From Candidatus Limnocylindria bacterium (lineage in GTDB: Bacteria > Chloroflexota > Limnocylindria > P2-11E), in assembly GCA_036518215.1 (NCBI GenBank), contig DATDNP010000201.1:24448-88447 (forward strand): DNA of 64,000 bases, read 5' to 3'. Position 1 is the first letter of the stretch. Each line of letters starts with the position of its first letter. Positions 45,459-55,000 of the stretch are shown piece by piece. The notes under the pieces are model-generated. The model saw only the letters and a program-made list of their open reading frames with translations, was not told the DNA's origin and did not search any database. The translations under genes were made by a program, and so were the position numbers.

Positions 45459-47138
45459 GTGGGTACCGCGAGGGCCGGCGACGTCCCCCGCCGCTTCGAG
45501 CAAGCGATCACAGTGTCGCGGCTCATCGGCGCTGTGGCGGTACTTGTCCTCGCGCCAAATATCCCGAACCTCGGCGCGCCCATCATCTGGCTGCTCGCCG
45601 GTAGCCTCGTCGTATCCGCCGCCGTGCTGCACGTCCTCGCGACGCGCATGCGAACGGCGGGCCAGGTCGAGCGGCTCTCGTGGATCGTGCTCGGCTGGGA
45701 CATCTTCATCGTCGCGCTCGCGCAGCTCGCGATGACGCCCGATCCGCTCTGGCCCGCGATCGTGCTCATCGGCGTCCTGCTGGTGGTCTCCTCGGCGTTC
45801 CGCCTCGGCGAGATCGGCGCGCTCATCTCGGCGAGCGCGGAGATCGTCGTCGTCGTGCTGCTCACGTTCTGGCGCCAGGATGCGCTCGCGATCGGGACGC
45901 CGGTCGCGTATCTCGGCTTCGACGTGGTGATGTTCTGCCTCGCGGCGATCCTCATGACCTCGATGCTCCGCGAGGTCGGCACCCTCCGCCAGGAGCGACA
46001 CGCCCTGCTCAGTCAGGTCGGGGACGTGGAGACGCTGCGGCGTTCGACCGAGCAGCACGCGCGCCTCCTCGAGCACGAGCGCGAGGCGCGGACCGCCGCA
46101 GAGCTCACCATCACGCGTCTCGAGGCCGTCCGCCAGATCACCGACGCGATCCTGCGCCAGTCGTCCATCGACGACGTCCTCGCGGAGACGCTCGCGGGCG
46201 TCGCGCGGATCGCGGGAGCGCACGCCGTCGTCGTGCTCGGTGTCGCCGGCGAGCAGGGCGTGTCCGTGCGAGCCGCGTACGGGCTCGAGCACAGCGTGCG
46301 GCGTCCCCTTCCGCTCGAGGGAGATCTGGGCGAGGCCGTGACCGCCGACAAGCCGGTCATCGTGTCGGACAACAGCACGACGCCGCTCGATGCGCACGCG
46401 ACCGAGCGGATCGACTCGCGCATCCTCCTGCCGCTCCATGGGGCCGGCGGCGCGAAGAGCCTCCTGTACATCGGGTTCACGCGGCATCAGGACTTCGGTC
46501 GCGACGACCTCACGCTGCTCGGGCTCATCGCAGAACGCGTCGGGATCGCGCTCGAGCGGGTCGAGCGCTTCGAGGCGGAGCGCCGCGCGCGCGAGGCGGC
46601 CGAGAACGTCGCGGAGCGGTCGCGCCTCTTCCTCGACGCCGCCGACACGCTCCTGCGCGCGCCCGATGCGAGCGACGCGCTCGTGCGGCTCGCGCGGCTC
46701 GCCGTGCCGCGGCTCGGCGATTGGTGCGCGGTCTACGCGCTGCGCGCCGATACCGAGCTCGAATGCGTCGCGCTCGCCAGCGAGGACGGCGATCGCGAGG
46801 CGCGCCTGCGCTCCGCGCTCCTCGGTCGGATCATGCGGCCGTCGCACCACCCGCTCTGGAGCGTCATCCGCAGCCGCCAGCATCGGCTCATCGAGCGCAT
46901 CGGGCCGGAGGACCTCGTCCCGCTCGCCGAAAGCTCGGAGCACCTCCGCGTGCTGCTCGAGGCGTCCATCCGATCGTGGCTCGCGGTGCCTCTGCTTGCG
47001 GACGGTCGCCTGCTCGGAGTGTTCGAGCTATACGCGACGTCGTCGGGACGCGCGTTCACGACGCACGACGTCGAGAGCACGCGTGGCTTCGCGGAGCACG
47101 TCGCGGTCGCGCTCGCGCGTGCCGGGGCGATACGATGA
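45459..47138 (+). CDS. Membrane-anchored tandem-GAF domain protein (no recognisable output domain)
   Basis: About 5 N-terminal TM helices, a coiled-coil, then two GAF-like regions. No HisKA, GGDEF or other output domain. Confidence 0.55.
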   Translation: MGTARAGDVPRRFEQAITVSRLIGAVAVLVLAPNIPNLGAPIIWLLAGSLVVSAAVLHVLATRMRTAGQVERLSWIVLGWDIFIVALAQLAMTPDPLWPAIVLIGVLLVVSSAFRLGEIGALISASAEIVVVVLLTFWRQDALAIGTPVAYLGFDVVMFCLAAILMTSMLREVGTLRQERHALLSQVGDVETLRRSTEQHARLLEHEREARTAAELTITRLEAVRQITDAILRQSSIDDVLAETLAGVARIAGAHAVVVLGVAGEQGVSVRAAYGLEHSVRRPLPLEGDLGEAVTADKPVIVSDNSTTPLDAHATERIDSRILLPLHGAGGAKSLLYIGFTRHQDFGRDDLTLLGLIAERVGIALERVERFEAERRAREAAENVAERSRLFLDAADTLLRAPDASDALVRLARLAVPRLGDWCAVYALRADTELECVALASEDGDREARLRSALLGRIMRPSHHPLWSVIRSRQHRLIERIGPEDLVPLAESSEHLRVLLEASIRSWLAVPLLADGRLLGVFELYATSSGRAFTTHDVESTRGFAEHVAVALARAGAIR

Positions 47139-47818
47139 GAGGGATGGCGGTGTCCCAGCGACCCCTCGTCCTGCGCCGCGATCTCGTGCGGATGTTCTCG
47201 GAGGACCGTCTTGTGGCGGTCATCAGGACGAACGCTGTCGAGAGCGCTGAGACGGCGGCGCGCGCGATGGCGCGTGCGGGCGTGCGCCTCGTCGAGATCA
47301 CGCTCACCGTCCCCGACGCGTACGAGCTCATCGCGAAGCTCGCCACCGACGACGAGTTCGCGCGGCAGGGCGCCGTCATCGGCGCGGGGACGGTGCTCTC
47401 GGGCGCACAGGCGGAGGACGCGCTCGTCGCGGGCGCGCGCTTCCTCGTGTCGCCCGCGCTCATCCCGGCGATGATCGAGGCGGGACGCGCTCGTGACGCG
47501 ATGACGATGCCGGGCACGATGACGCCGACCGAGATGGTGAAGGCGGCCGAGCTCGGCGCGGACTACATAAAGGTGTACCCGCTCGCGACGATCGGCGGTC
47601 CGGACTTCATCACGAACGTCCGCCGCGCGCTCATGCACCTGCCGCTCGTCGCGACGGGCAACGTCGAGCTCGCCGAGATCCCCGCGTACCTGAAGGCGGG
47701 CGTCGTCGGCTTCGGCATCGGCGGACCGCTCATCCGCCCCGACCTTCTCGCGAAGGGCGACGTGGACGGCATCGTGGCGAACGCGCGGACCTTCCTCGCG
47801 GCGACCCGCCGCTCCTAG
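47135..47818 (+). CDS. eda: KDPG / KHG aldolase (Eda family)
   Basis: ATGA overlap with the upstream gene. LVAVIR...VRLVEITL...GAGTV...FLVSP...PG..TPTE...GA...K.YP fits the Eda (beta/alpha)8 pattern. Confidence 0.75.
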   Translation: MRGMAVSQRPLVLRRDLVRMFSEDRLVAVIRTNAVESAETAARAMARAGVRLVEITLTVPDAYELIAKLATDDEFARQGAVIGAGTVLSGAQAEDALVAGARFLVSPALIPAMIEAGRARDAMTMPGTMTPTEMVKAAELGADYIKVYPLATIGGPDFITNVRRALMHLPLVATGNVELAEIPAYLKAGVVGFGIGGPLIRPDLLAKGDVDGIVANARTFLAATRRS

Positions 47819-47820
47819 CC

Positions 47821-49836
47821 TTGCCGCGCGATCTCCCGCTCGGCAACGGAGACCTTCTCGTCACCTTCGACTCGACGTACCAGCTTCGCGACATCTACTA
47901 CCCGATGGTCGGCATGGAGGATCACACGATCGGCGACCCGAGCCGCTTCGGGGTGTGGGTGGATGGCTCGTTCAGCTGGATGTCGGACACCGGCTGGGAG
48001 CGCCAGATCGCCTACGAGCACGAGACGCTCGTCGGCGATTCCCACCTCCACCACGCGGCGCTCGGCCTCCGCCTGCATTGCCGGGACGCGGTCGACTTCG
48101 ACCGGAACATCTACTTCAAAGAGGTCACCGTCGAGGACGAGAGCGGCAAGGATCGCGATGTCCGGCTCTTCCAGCACTTCAACGCGTCGCTCTATGGGAA
48201 CGACGTCGGAGACTCGGCCTTCTACGATCCGCGGTGCCAGGCGATCGTCCACTACAAGGGCCGCCGGTACTTCCTCGTCTCGGGCACGACGGGCGGGCAC
48301 GCCTACGGCCTCACGTCGTTCGCCATCGGACAGAAGGACGCCCCCGGAAGGGAAGGCACGTGGCGCGACGCGGAGGACGGCGAGCTGTCGAGGAACGCCG
48401 TCGCGCAGGGATCCATCGACAGCGTCGGGATGCTGTCCGCGACCGTCCCCGCGAGCGGCAGCACGACGCTCGTGTTCTGGATCGCGGTCGGGCAGGCGTA
48501 CGACGAGGTGCGCGAGCTCGACAAGCTGGTGCGCGAGCGCACCCCGGCCGCGTTCCTCGCTCGGACGAAGGATTACTGGCGGCTCTGGGCGAACAAGGAC
48601 GAGACCATCGTCGATCACGTGTCGCCCGAGCTCACCAGCCTCTACAAGCGCTCCACGCTCGTGATCCGCACGCAGGTCGACAACCGCGGCGCGATCATCG
48701 CCGCGAACGACTCGGACGTCCTCCGCTTCAACCGCGATACGTATTCGTATCTGTGGCCACGCGATGGCGCGCTCGTCGCCGACGCGCTCGATCTCGCCGG
48801 GTACGGCGAGGTCACGCGCCGCTTCTTCTACCTGTGCGGCGAGCTCATCACGCGCGAGGGGTATCTGCTCCACAAGTACAACCCCGACGGGTCGCTCGGA
48901 TCGTCCTGGCACGGGTGGTCGACGCCCGAGGGGCGGCTCGAGCTTCCCATCCAGGAGGACGAGACCGGCCTGCCGATCTGGGCGCTCTGGCAGCACTACG
49001 AGCGCGACCGGGACATCGAGTTCGTTCGTCCTCTCTATCGCAAGCTCGTTCGGGGCGGCGGGGACTTCATGGCGACCTTCCGTGAGCCGAAGACGAAGCT
49101 CCCGGCCGCGTCCTTCGACCTGTGGGAGGAGCGGCGCGGCATCCACGCGTTCACGACGGCCGCCGTCGTCGCCGGTCTCACCGCCGCGCGGAACTTCGCG
49201 GTCGCGTTCGGTCAGCACGAGTACGCGAAGCGGTACGCGGTCGCGGCGCAGGAGATCCGCGATGCCGCGCTCGCGAACCTCTGGGATGCGGACCGCGGCC
49301 GCTTCGTGCGCACGATCGCCGTCCTGCCCGACGGCGTCATCGTGAAGGACGCGACCGTCGACATCTCGCTCGCGGGGATCTTCCTCTTCGGGCTCCTGCC
49401 GGCAGACGATCCGCGCGTCGTGTCGACGATGCGGGCGATCGAGGAGAGGCTCACGATCAAGACCCCCGTCGGCGGGCTCGCGCGCTACGAGAACGACGCG
49501 TACTTCCGCGTCGCCGAGGACACCGAGGCCGTCCCGGGGAACCCGTGGTTCGTCGCGACGCTGTGGCTCGCGAAGTGGTACATCGCGATGGCGCGGACAC
49601 AGGCGGACCTCCAGCGCCCGCGCGAGCTGCTGGAGTGGTGCCGCACGAAGGCGCTCCCCTCTGGGATCCTCGCCGAGCAGGTGCATCCGTACACCGGCGA
49701 GCCGCTCTCGGTCTCGCCACTCACCTGGTCGCACGCAGCGTTCGTCTCGACGGTGCAACTCTTCGCGCGCGCGTCGGCGCGCATCCGCGACGGCATCCGC
49801 ACGAAGGCGAAGGCCGCGGGCGAGGTGATCGCGTGA
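47821..49836 (+). CDS. Glycoside hydrolase family 15 (glucoamylase/glucodextranase/trehalase-like)
   Basis: N-terminal LGNGDLLVTFD motif. The (alpha/alpha)6 catalytic region has NRDTYSYLWPRDGALVA and LWEER...AFTTAAVVAGL, and the C-terminus has WLAKWY. Confidence 0.8.
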   Translation: MPRDLPLGNGDLLVTFDSTYQLRDIYYPMVGMEDHTIGDPSRFGVWVDGSFSWMSDTGWERQIAYEHETLVGDSHLHHAALGLRLHCRDAVDFDRNIYFKEVTVEDESGKDRDVRLFQHFNASLYGNDVGDSAFYDPRCQAIVHYKGRRYFLVSGTTGGHAYGLTSFAIGQKDAPGREGTWRDAEDGELSRNAVAQGSIDSVGMLSATVPASGSTTLVFWIAVGQAYDEVRELDKLVRERTPAAFLARTKDYWRLWANKDETIVDHVSPELTSLYKRSTLVIRTQVDNRGAIIAANDSDVLRFNRDTYSYLWPRDGALVADALDLAGYGEVTRRFFYLCGELITREGYLLHKYNPDGSLGSSWHGWSTPEGRLELPIQEDETGLPIWALWQHYERDRDIEFVRPLYRKLVRGGGDFMATFREPKTKLPAASFDLWEERRGIHAFTTAAVVAGLTAARNFAVAFGQHEYAKRYAVAAQEIRDAALANLWDADRGRFVRTIAVLPDGVIVKDATVDISLAGIFLFGLLPADDPRVVSTMRAIEERLTIKTPVGGLARYENDAYFRVAEDTEAVPGNPWFVATLWLAKWYIAMARTQADLQRPRELLEWCRTKALPSGILAEQVHPYTGEPLSVSPLTWSHAAFVSTVQLFARASARIRDGIRTKAKAAGEVIA

Positions 49837-50882
49837 GGTCGAGCGGCGCGACGACGCGCGACCGAAACCCTCGGTCGCCCATCGTCGCTCTTCTGATCGT
49901 CCTCGTCGCGATCGCCGCGTGCGGTGGCGTCGGCAGCAGCTCGCCTTCCGCCGGAGCGAACGGATGCGGGACGACGGCCGTCTTCATCCTCGCGAACCCC
50001 GGCGGGCTCACCTGCCTCGACGACACGGCGAAGTCGATCGGCAAGCTCGTGCAGCTCCCCGATCAGAGCGCGCCGTCGACGCCGGCGCTCCATCCGTCCG
50101 GCAAGGCGATCGCGTTCGCGCTCACGCAGCAGCCCGATCCGAAGCGCGGGTTCGGCTCCGACATCTACATGGTCGATCTGGACGGATCCAACCTGCACGC
50201 GGTCGTCCTGCACGAGGACAACAACGTCTTCTACGCGAGTCCCCGTTTCGACGCGAGCGGAAACGTGCTCTACGTGCACCGGCGCGCGGCCATCGTGCAG
50301 AACGGTGCCTTCGTGGGGAACGAGGACGCGATCGAGCGCATCGACCTCCGCACCGGCCAGGCGACGAAGATCGTGAAGGACGGCGCCGACCCAACCGTGA
50401 GCGCCGACGGCAAGACCCTCGTGTACGTGCACCTGAAGGACGGCCAGATCGACGCGCTGTGGCGCGCCGACATCGACGGCGCGAACGCGGCGCCGCTCCT
50501 CAAGACGAAGGACACGTTCTGGTACCTGCAGGCGCCGCGGTCCTCTCCGGCCGCGTGCGAGCTCGTGTTCTCGGCGGCGGGCCATAGCGTCTCCGGAGCA
50601 GCGCCGGGCGCGGAGGTCGCGGCGACACGCGGCCAGGTCGGGGGGCGGCTCGCCCATCTCAACATCCCGTCGGAGCTCTTCATCGTCCCGTGCGACGGCT
50701 CGGGCCTCCGCTCCGTCGGTCAGACCGGCGACGATGTCGTGCCGTCGTGGTCGCCCGACGGTTCGAAGATCGCGTACGTCGGCACGGGAGGGTTCTTCGT
50801 GCTCGACGTGAAGGCACAGACGACGCGCACAGTCGCACAGGGTCAGGACTTCTTCTTCGGCGACCTCGTCTGGCTCAAGTAG
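49833..50882 (+). CDS. TolB-like beta-propeller lipoprotein (WD40-like repeats)
   Basis: GTGA overlap. Lipobox (IAACGG). Repeated ..SPDG..IAYV.. and ..SADGKTLVYV.. blades. Confidence 0.65.
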   Translation: MRSSGATTRDRNPRSPIVALLIVLVAIAACGGVGSSSPSAGANGCGTTAVFILANPGGLTCLDDTAKSIGKLVQLPDQSAPSTPALHPSGKAIAFALTQQPDPKRGFGSDIYMVDLDGSNLHAVVLHEDNNVFYASPRFDASGNVLYVHRRAAIVQNGAFVGNEDAIERIDLRTGQATKIVKDGADPTVSADGKTLVYVHLKDGQIDALWRADIDGANAAPLLKTKDTFWYLQAPRSSPAACELVFSAAGHSVSGAAPGAEVAATRGQVGGRLAHLNIPSELFIVPCDGSGLRSVGQTGDDVVPSWSPDGSKIAYVGTGGFFVLDVKAQTTRTVAQGQDFFFGDLVWLK

Positions 50883-50902
50883 TCGTGGCTGAGGGAGCAG
50901 AG

Positions 50903-52048
50903 CTAGGCGCTCGGCGGTAGGCGATACCCGGCGAGCGCCGGCTCACCACGCAGCCTCGCGAATCCCGGCTTGATCGTGTCGTAGATGATCGACAGGCGTT
51001 CGTCGTATCCGACGAACGCCGACTTCATCGCGTTGATGGTCAGCTTCTCGACGTCGGCGAGGTCGAGCCCGAACGCCTCCGCGAGACGATGGAACTCGTC
51101 GGAGAGCGTCACGTCCGACATGAGCCGGTTGTCGGTGTTCACCGTGACGCGGAACCGCTGCGCGATGAGCTGCCGGATGGGATGCGTCGCGAGCGACGGG
51201 ACCGCGCCCGTATCGACGTTGCTCGACGGGCAGAGCTCGAGCGGGATGCGTTTGTCGCGGACGTATGTCGCGAGCGGGCCGAGCGCGACGACCGCGTCGC
51301 CTGCGAGCGTCATGTCCTCGATGAGGCGCACGCCATGGCCGATGCGATGAGCGCCGCAGACCTGGATCGCCTGCCAGATGGACGGCGGGCCGAAGCCCTC
51401 GCCCGCGTGGATGGTGATGTTGAAGTTCTCGCGATGGCACAGGTCGAACGCCTCGAGGTGCGCCTTCGGCGGATTCCCCGCCTCCTCTCCGGCGATGTCG
51501 AACCCGACGACCCCGCGGTCGCGGAAGGCGACCGCGAGCCGCGCCATCTCGACCGAGTCGGTGCGATCGCGCATCGCGCATACGATCTGCCGCAGGACGA
51601 TGCGGTACCGCCGCTCGGCCGCCGCGAACCCGCGCTCGACCGCCTCGACGACCCGCTCGAGCGTCATCCCGCGGGCGGTGCTGAACACCGGTGCGTATCG
51701 CACCTCGGCGTAGACGACGCCGTCGTGCGCGAGGTCCTCGCCGCACTCGAACGCGACGCGCTCGATCGCGTCCGGCGCCTGCATGACCGCGATCGTGTGC
51801 GCGAACCCCCGTAGATAGAGCGACAGGGAGCCGCTCGCCGCGCTCTCGTGGAACCACCGTCCGAGCTCGCCGGGATCGTTCGTCGGGAGCCCACGGTGAC
51901 CCTGCTCCCGCGCGAGCTCGACGATCGTCGCCGGACGGAGTCCGCCGTCGAGATGGTCGTGGAGCAGAACTTTCGGTGCGGCATGCAGCGTCTCGCGCGG
52001 GATCACGCCCAGATGATGCGCCAGGTGCGCCACCGTGCTGACTTTCAC
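50903..52048 (-). CDS. add: Adenosine deaminase
   Basis: PKVLLHDHLDGG..., HAGE and SLNTDDP-like motifs (VNTDN). Confidence 0.85.
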   Translation of the reverse strand: MKVSTVAHLAHHLGVIPRETLHAAPKVLLHDHLDGGLRPATIVELAREQGHRGLPTNDPGELGRWFHESAASGSLSLYLRGFAHTIAVMQAPDAIERVAFECGEDLAHDGVVYAEVRYAPVFSTARGMTLERVVEAVERGFAAAERRYRIVLRQIVCAMRDRTDSVEMARLAVAFRDRGVVGFDIAGEEAGNPPKAHLEAFDLCHRENFNITIHAGEGFGPPSIWQAIQVCGAHRIGHGVRLIEDMTLAGDAVVALGPLATYVRDKRIPLELCPSSNVDTGAVPSLATHPIRQLIAQRFRVTVNTDNRLMSDVTLSDEFHRLAEAFGLDLADVEKLTINAMKSAFVGYDERLSIIYDTIKPGFARLRGEPALAGYRLPPSA

Positions 52049-52080
52049 AGGCGTGCGGGAGGCCCCTACGATTCGGGGCC

Positions 52081-55000
52081 GTGGGGGATCAAGGGACGGC
52101 CCGGGACGAACGGCGCGTGGCCGAGCTCGAAGCCGAGCTCGCGCGGGCGCGCGAGCAGCAGGCCGCGATCGCCGGGGTGCTGCAGGCGATGGCGGGATCG
52201 CACGCCGACGAACAGGCCATCCTCGACGCGATCGCGACGAGCGCCGTCCGGTACTGCGGCGCGAACGACGCGCAGGTCTGGCTCGTCCGCGGCGACGAGC
52301 TCGAGCGCGCCGCGCATCACGGCCCGGTCGCGAACCTCGAGGGACGGATCCGGCTCGACCCGACGTCCGTCGCGGGACGCGCGATCGGCGAGCGCCGCAC
52401 GATCCACATCAGCGACGTCCTCGGTCCCGAGGGCGATGCGTATCCGCAGACACGCGCGCGCTTCGCGCAGATGGGCCACCGCGCGCTGCTCGTCGCCCCG
52501 GTCGTGCGCGACGGGGTCGCGATCGGCTCGCTCAACCTGCGGAAGCACGCGCCCGAGCCTTTCACCACGGAGCAGATCCAGCTGCTCGAGGCGTTCGCGG
52601 ACCAGGCCGCGATCGTGATCGAGAACGTTCGCCTGCACCGCGAGACGACAGCCTCACTCGAGCGGCAGACGGCGATCAGCGACCTCCTCGGCACGATCAG
52701 CCGATCGGCGTTCGACCTCGATGCCGTCCTCACCACGATCTGCGTCCGCGCCGTGGCGCTCGTCGGCGCACAGGGCGCGTCGATCGGGATCCGCGAGGGC
52801 GACGAGATCGTCATCATCGCGACCGGCGGCGGCCCGGCGACGCTCGGCAAAGGCGAGCGCTGGCTGATCGACGACACCACCGTCGGCGGACGTGCGTTCC
52901 TGGACGGTAAGCGCCACTACGCTCCCGATGTCACAAAAGACCCGGCGCTTCCCCAGGGAGGGGCGCAGACCCGTCTCGCGATCCCATTCGTGCGCGACGG
53001 CACCGTGACCGGTGTGCTCTTCACGGCACACCGCGAGGCGAACGCGTTCGACGAACGCGACATCCAGCTGCTCGAGGTGTTCGCCGATCAGGCGGCCATC
53101 GCGATGGAGAACGTACGTCTCTACCGCGAGACGAAGGAGTCGCTCGAGCAGCAGACCGCGATCAGCGAGATCCTGCAGGTGATCTCGAGCAGCCCGACCG
53201 ACATACAGCCTGTGCTCGACGCGATCGCGCGGAACGCGGCGCGTTACTGCCTCGCGGAAGACTGCGGCGTAGCGCTCATCCGTTCCGACGGCCTGCTCGA
53301 GCAGGTCGCGCAGTACGGTCCGATCGCGCTGGACATCGCGCCATGGCCGGTCGATCGCACCTCCGTGCGTGGCCGCGCGATCGTGGACCGGCAGGTGATC
53401 CACGTACCGGACATGGCCTCCGAGAGCGAGGCCGAGTACGCCATCGGCGTTCGGCGCTCACGCGAGCTTGGCCAACGCTCGATACTCGCCGCGCCGCTCC
53501 TGCGAGAGGGCAGGCCGCTCGGCGCGATCGGGCTGCGACGCACCGAGGTCCGGCCCTTCACGGACAAGCAGATCGCGCTGCTGCGCACGTTCGCAGATCA
53601 GGCCGCCATCGCGATCGAGAACGTCCGCCTGTTCAACGAGACGAAGCAGGCGCTCGAGCAGCAGACCGCGATCAGCGAAGTGCTGCGCGCGATCTCGAGC
53701 TCGCCGACCTCGTCGCAGCCGGTCCTCGATGTCGTGGCCACGAACGCCGTGCGCTTCTGCGAGGCCGAGCACGCCGTCGTGTGCCTCATCCGCGACGGGC
53801 TCCTGACGCCCGTCGCCCACGGCGGCCTCGACTGGGAGCCCGTGAAGCCGTTCGTCATCGACCGCACGACGGTGACCGGTCGCGCGGTCGTGGACCGACG
53901 GATCACTCACGTCGCAGACCTCTGGGCGCTCGAATCCGAGTATCCGCTCGGCTATGCGCAGGCGCGCGAGGGCAACGAACGCGCGCTCGTCGCCGCGCCG
54001 CTCATGCACCAGGATGAGGTCGTCGGCGCGATCATCCTCCGGCGGACGCACCCGACGCCGTTCACCGAACGACAGATCGATCTGCTCGCGACGTTCGCCG
54101 ATCAAGCCGCGATCGCCATCTCGAACGTGCGCCTCTTCAACGAGACGAAGGAAGCGCTCGAGCAGCAGACCGCGATCGCCGACATCCTGCGCGTCATCTC
54201 CAGCTCGCCGACCGACCTGCAGCCGGTCGCGGACGCGATCGCGAAGAGCGCGCTCCGTTTCGCCGGCGCAGAGGACGCATCGCTCGTCTTGGTGAAGGAC
54301 GGAGTCTTGGTGCCGGCCTCTCACCGCGGACCGATGGTGATCCCTTTGACGGTGCCGGCGGACCGGCGTTCGGTCACCGGTCGTGCGATCCTCGACCGCA
54401 AGACGGTCCACGTCGGGGACGTCATGGCGAACGAGGAATTTCCGCAGAGCACGGAGAACGCGGCCAGCAGCGGCCAGCGCGCCGTGCTCGCCGCGCCGCT
54501 CATGCGCGAGGGGACGGCCATCGGCGCGATCCTGCTCCGCAAGACCGAGCCAAAGCCGTTCACCGACGGGCAGGTCGCCCTCGTGGAGACGTTCGCATCG
54601 CAGGCCGTGATCGCGTTCGAGAACGTGCGTCTCTTCAATGAGACAAAGGTCGCTCTCGAGCGTCAAACGGCGACGGCGGAGGTCGTCAAGCTCATGAGCA
54701 GCACCGCGTTCGACCTCCGGCGCGTGCTCGACATCGTCATCGGACACGCGACGCAGCTCGCCCAAGCCGACGCTGGGTTCATCTATCAGGCCGACGGTGA
54801 GTACCTGCGCATGACGGCGGCGTACGGCGAGCACGCCGAGGCGATGCGCGAGTGGCAAGCGGAACATCCGATCCGCGGCGACTATCTCGGGTCGGCCACC
54901 GGTCGCGCCTTCGCGGAGCGCCGGACGGTGCACATCTCGGACGTCGAAGCCGACGCGAGCTACACGTATGGCGAGGCGAAGCAGCTCGGCGCTTTCAGGA

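Noticed and set aside
45024-46943. 639-aa minus-strand ORF opposite the membrane GAF protein
   Set aside because: Arg/Asp/Glu-rich shadow with no domain pattern.
45680-47818. 712-aa plus ORF
   Set aside because: Its 5' 485 codons are an out-of-frame shadow of the GAF gene. Only the part from the ATG at 47135 is Eda-like.
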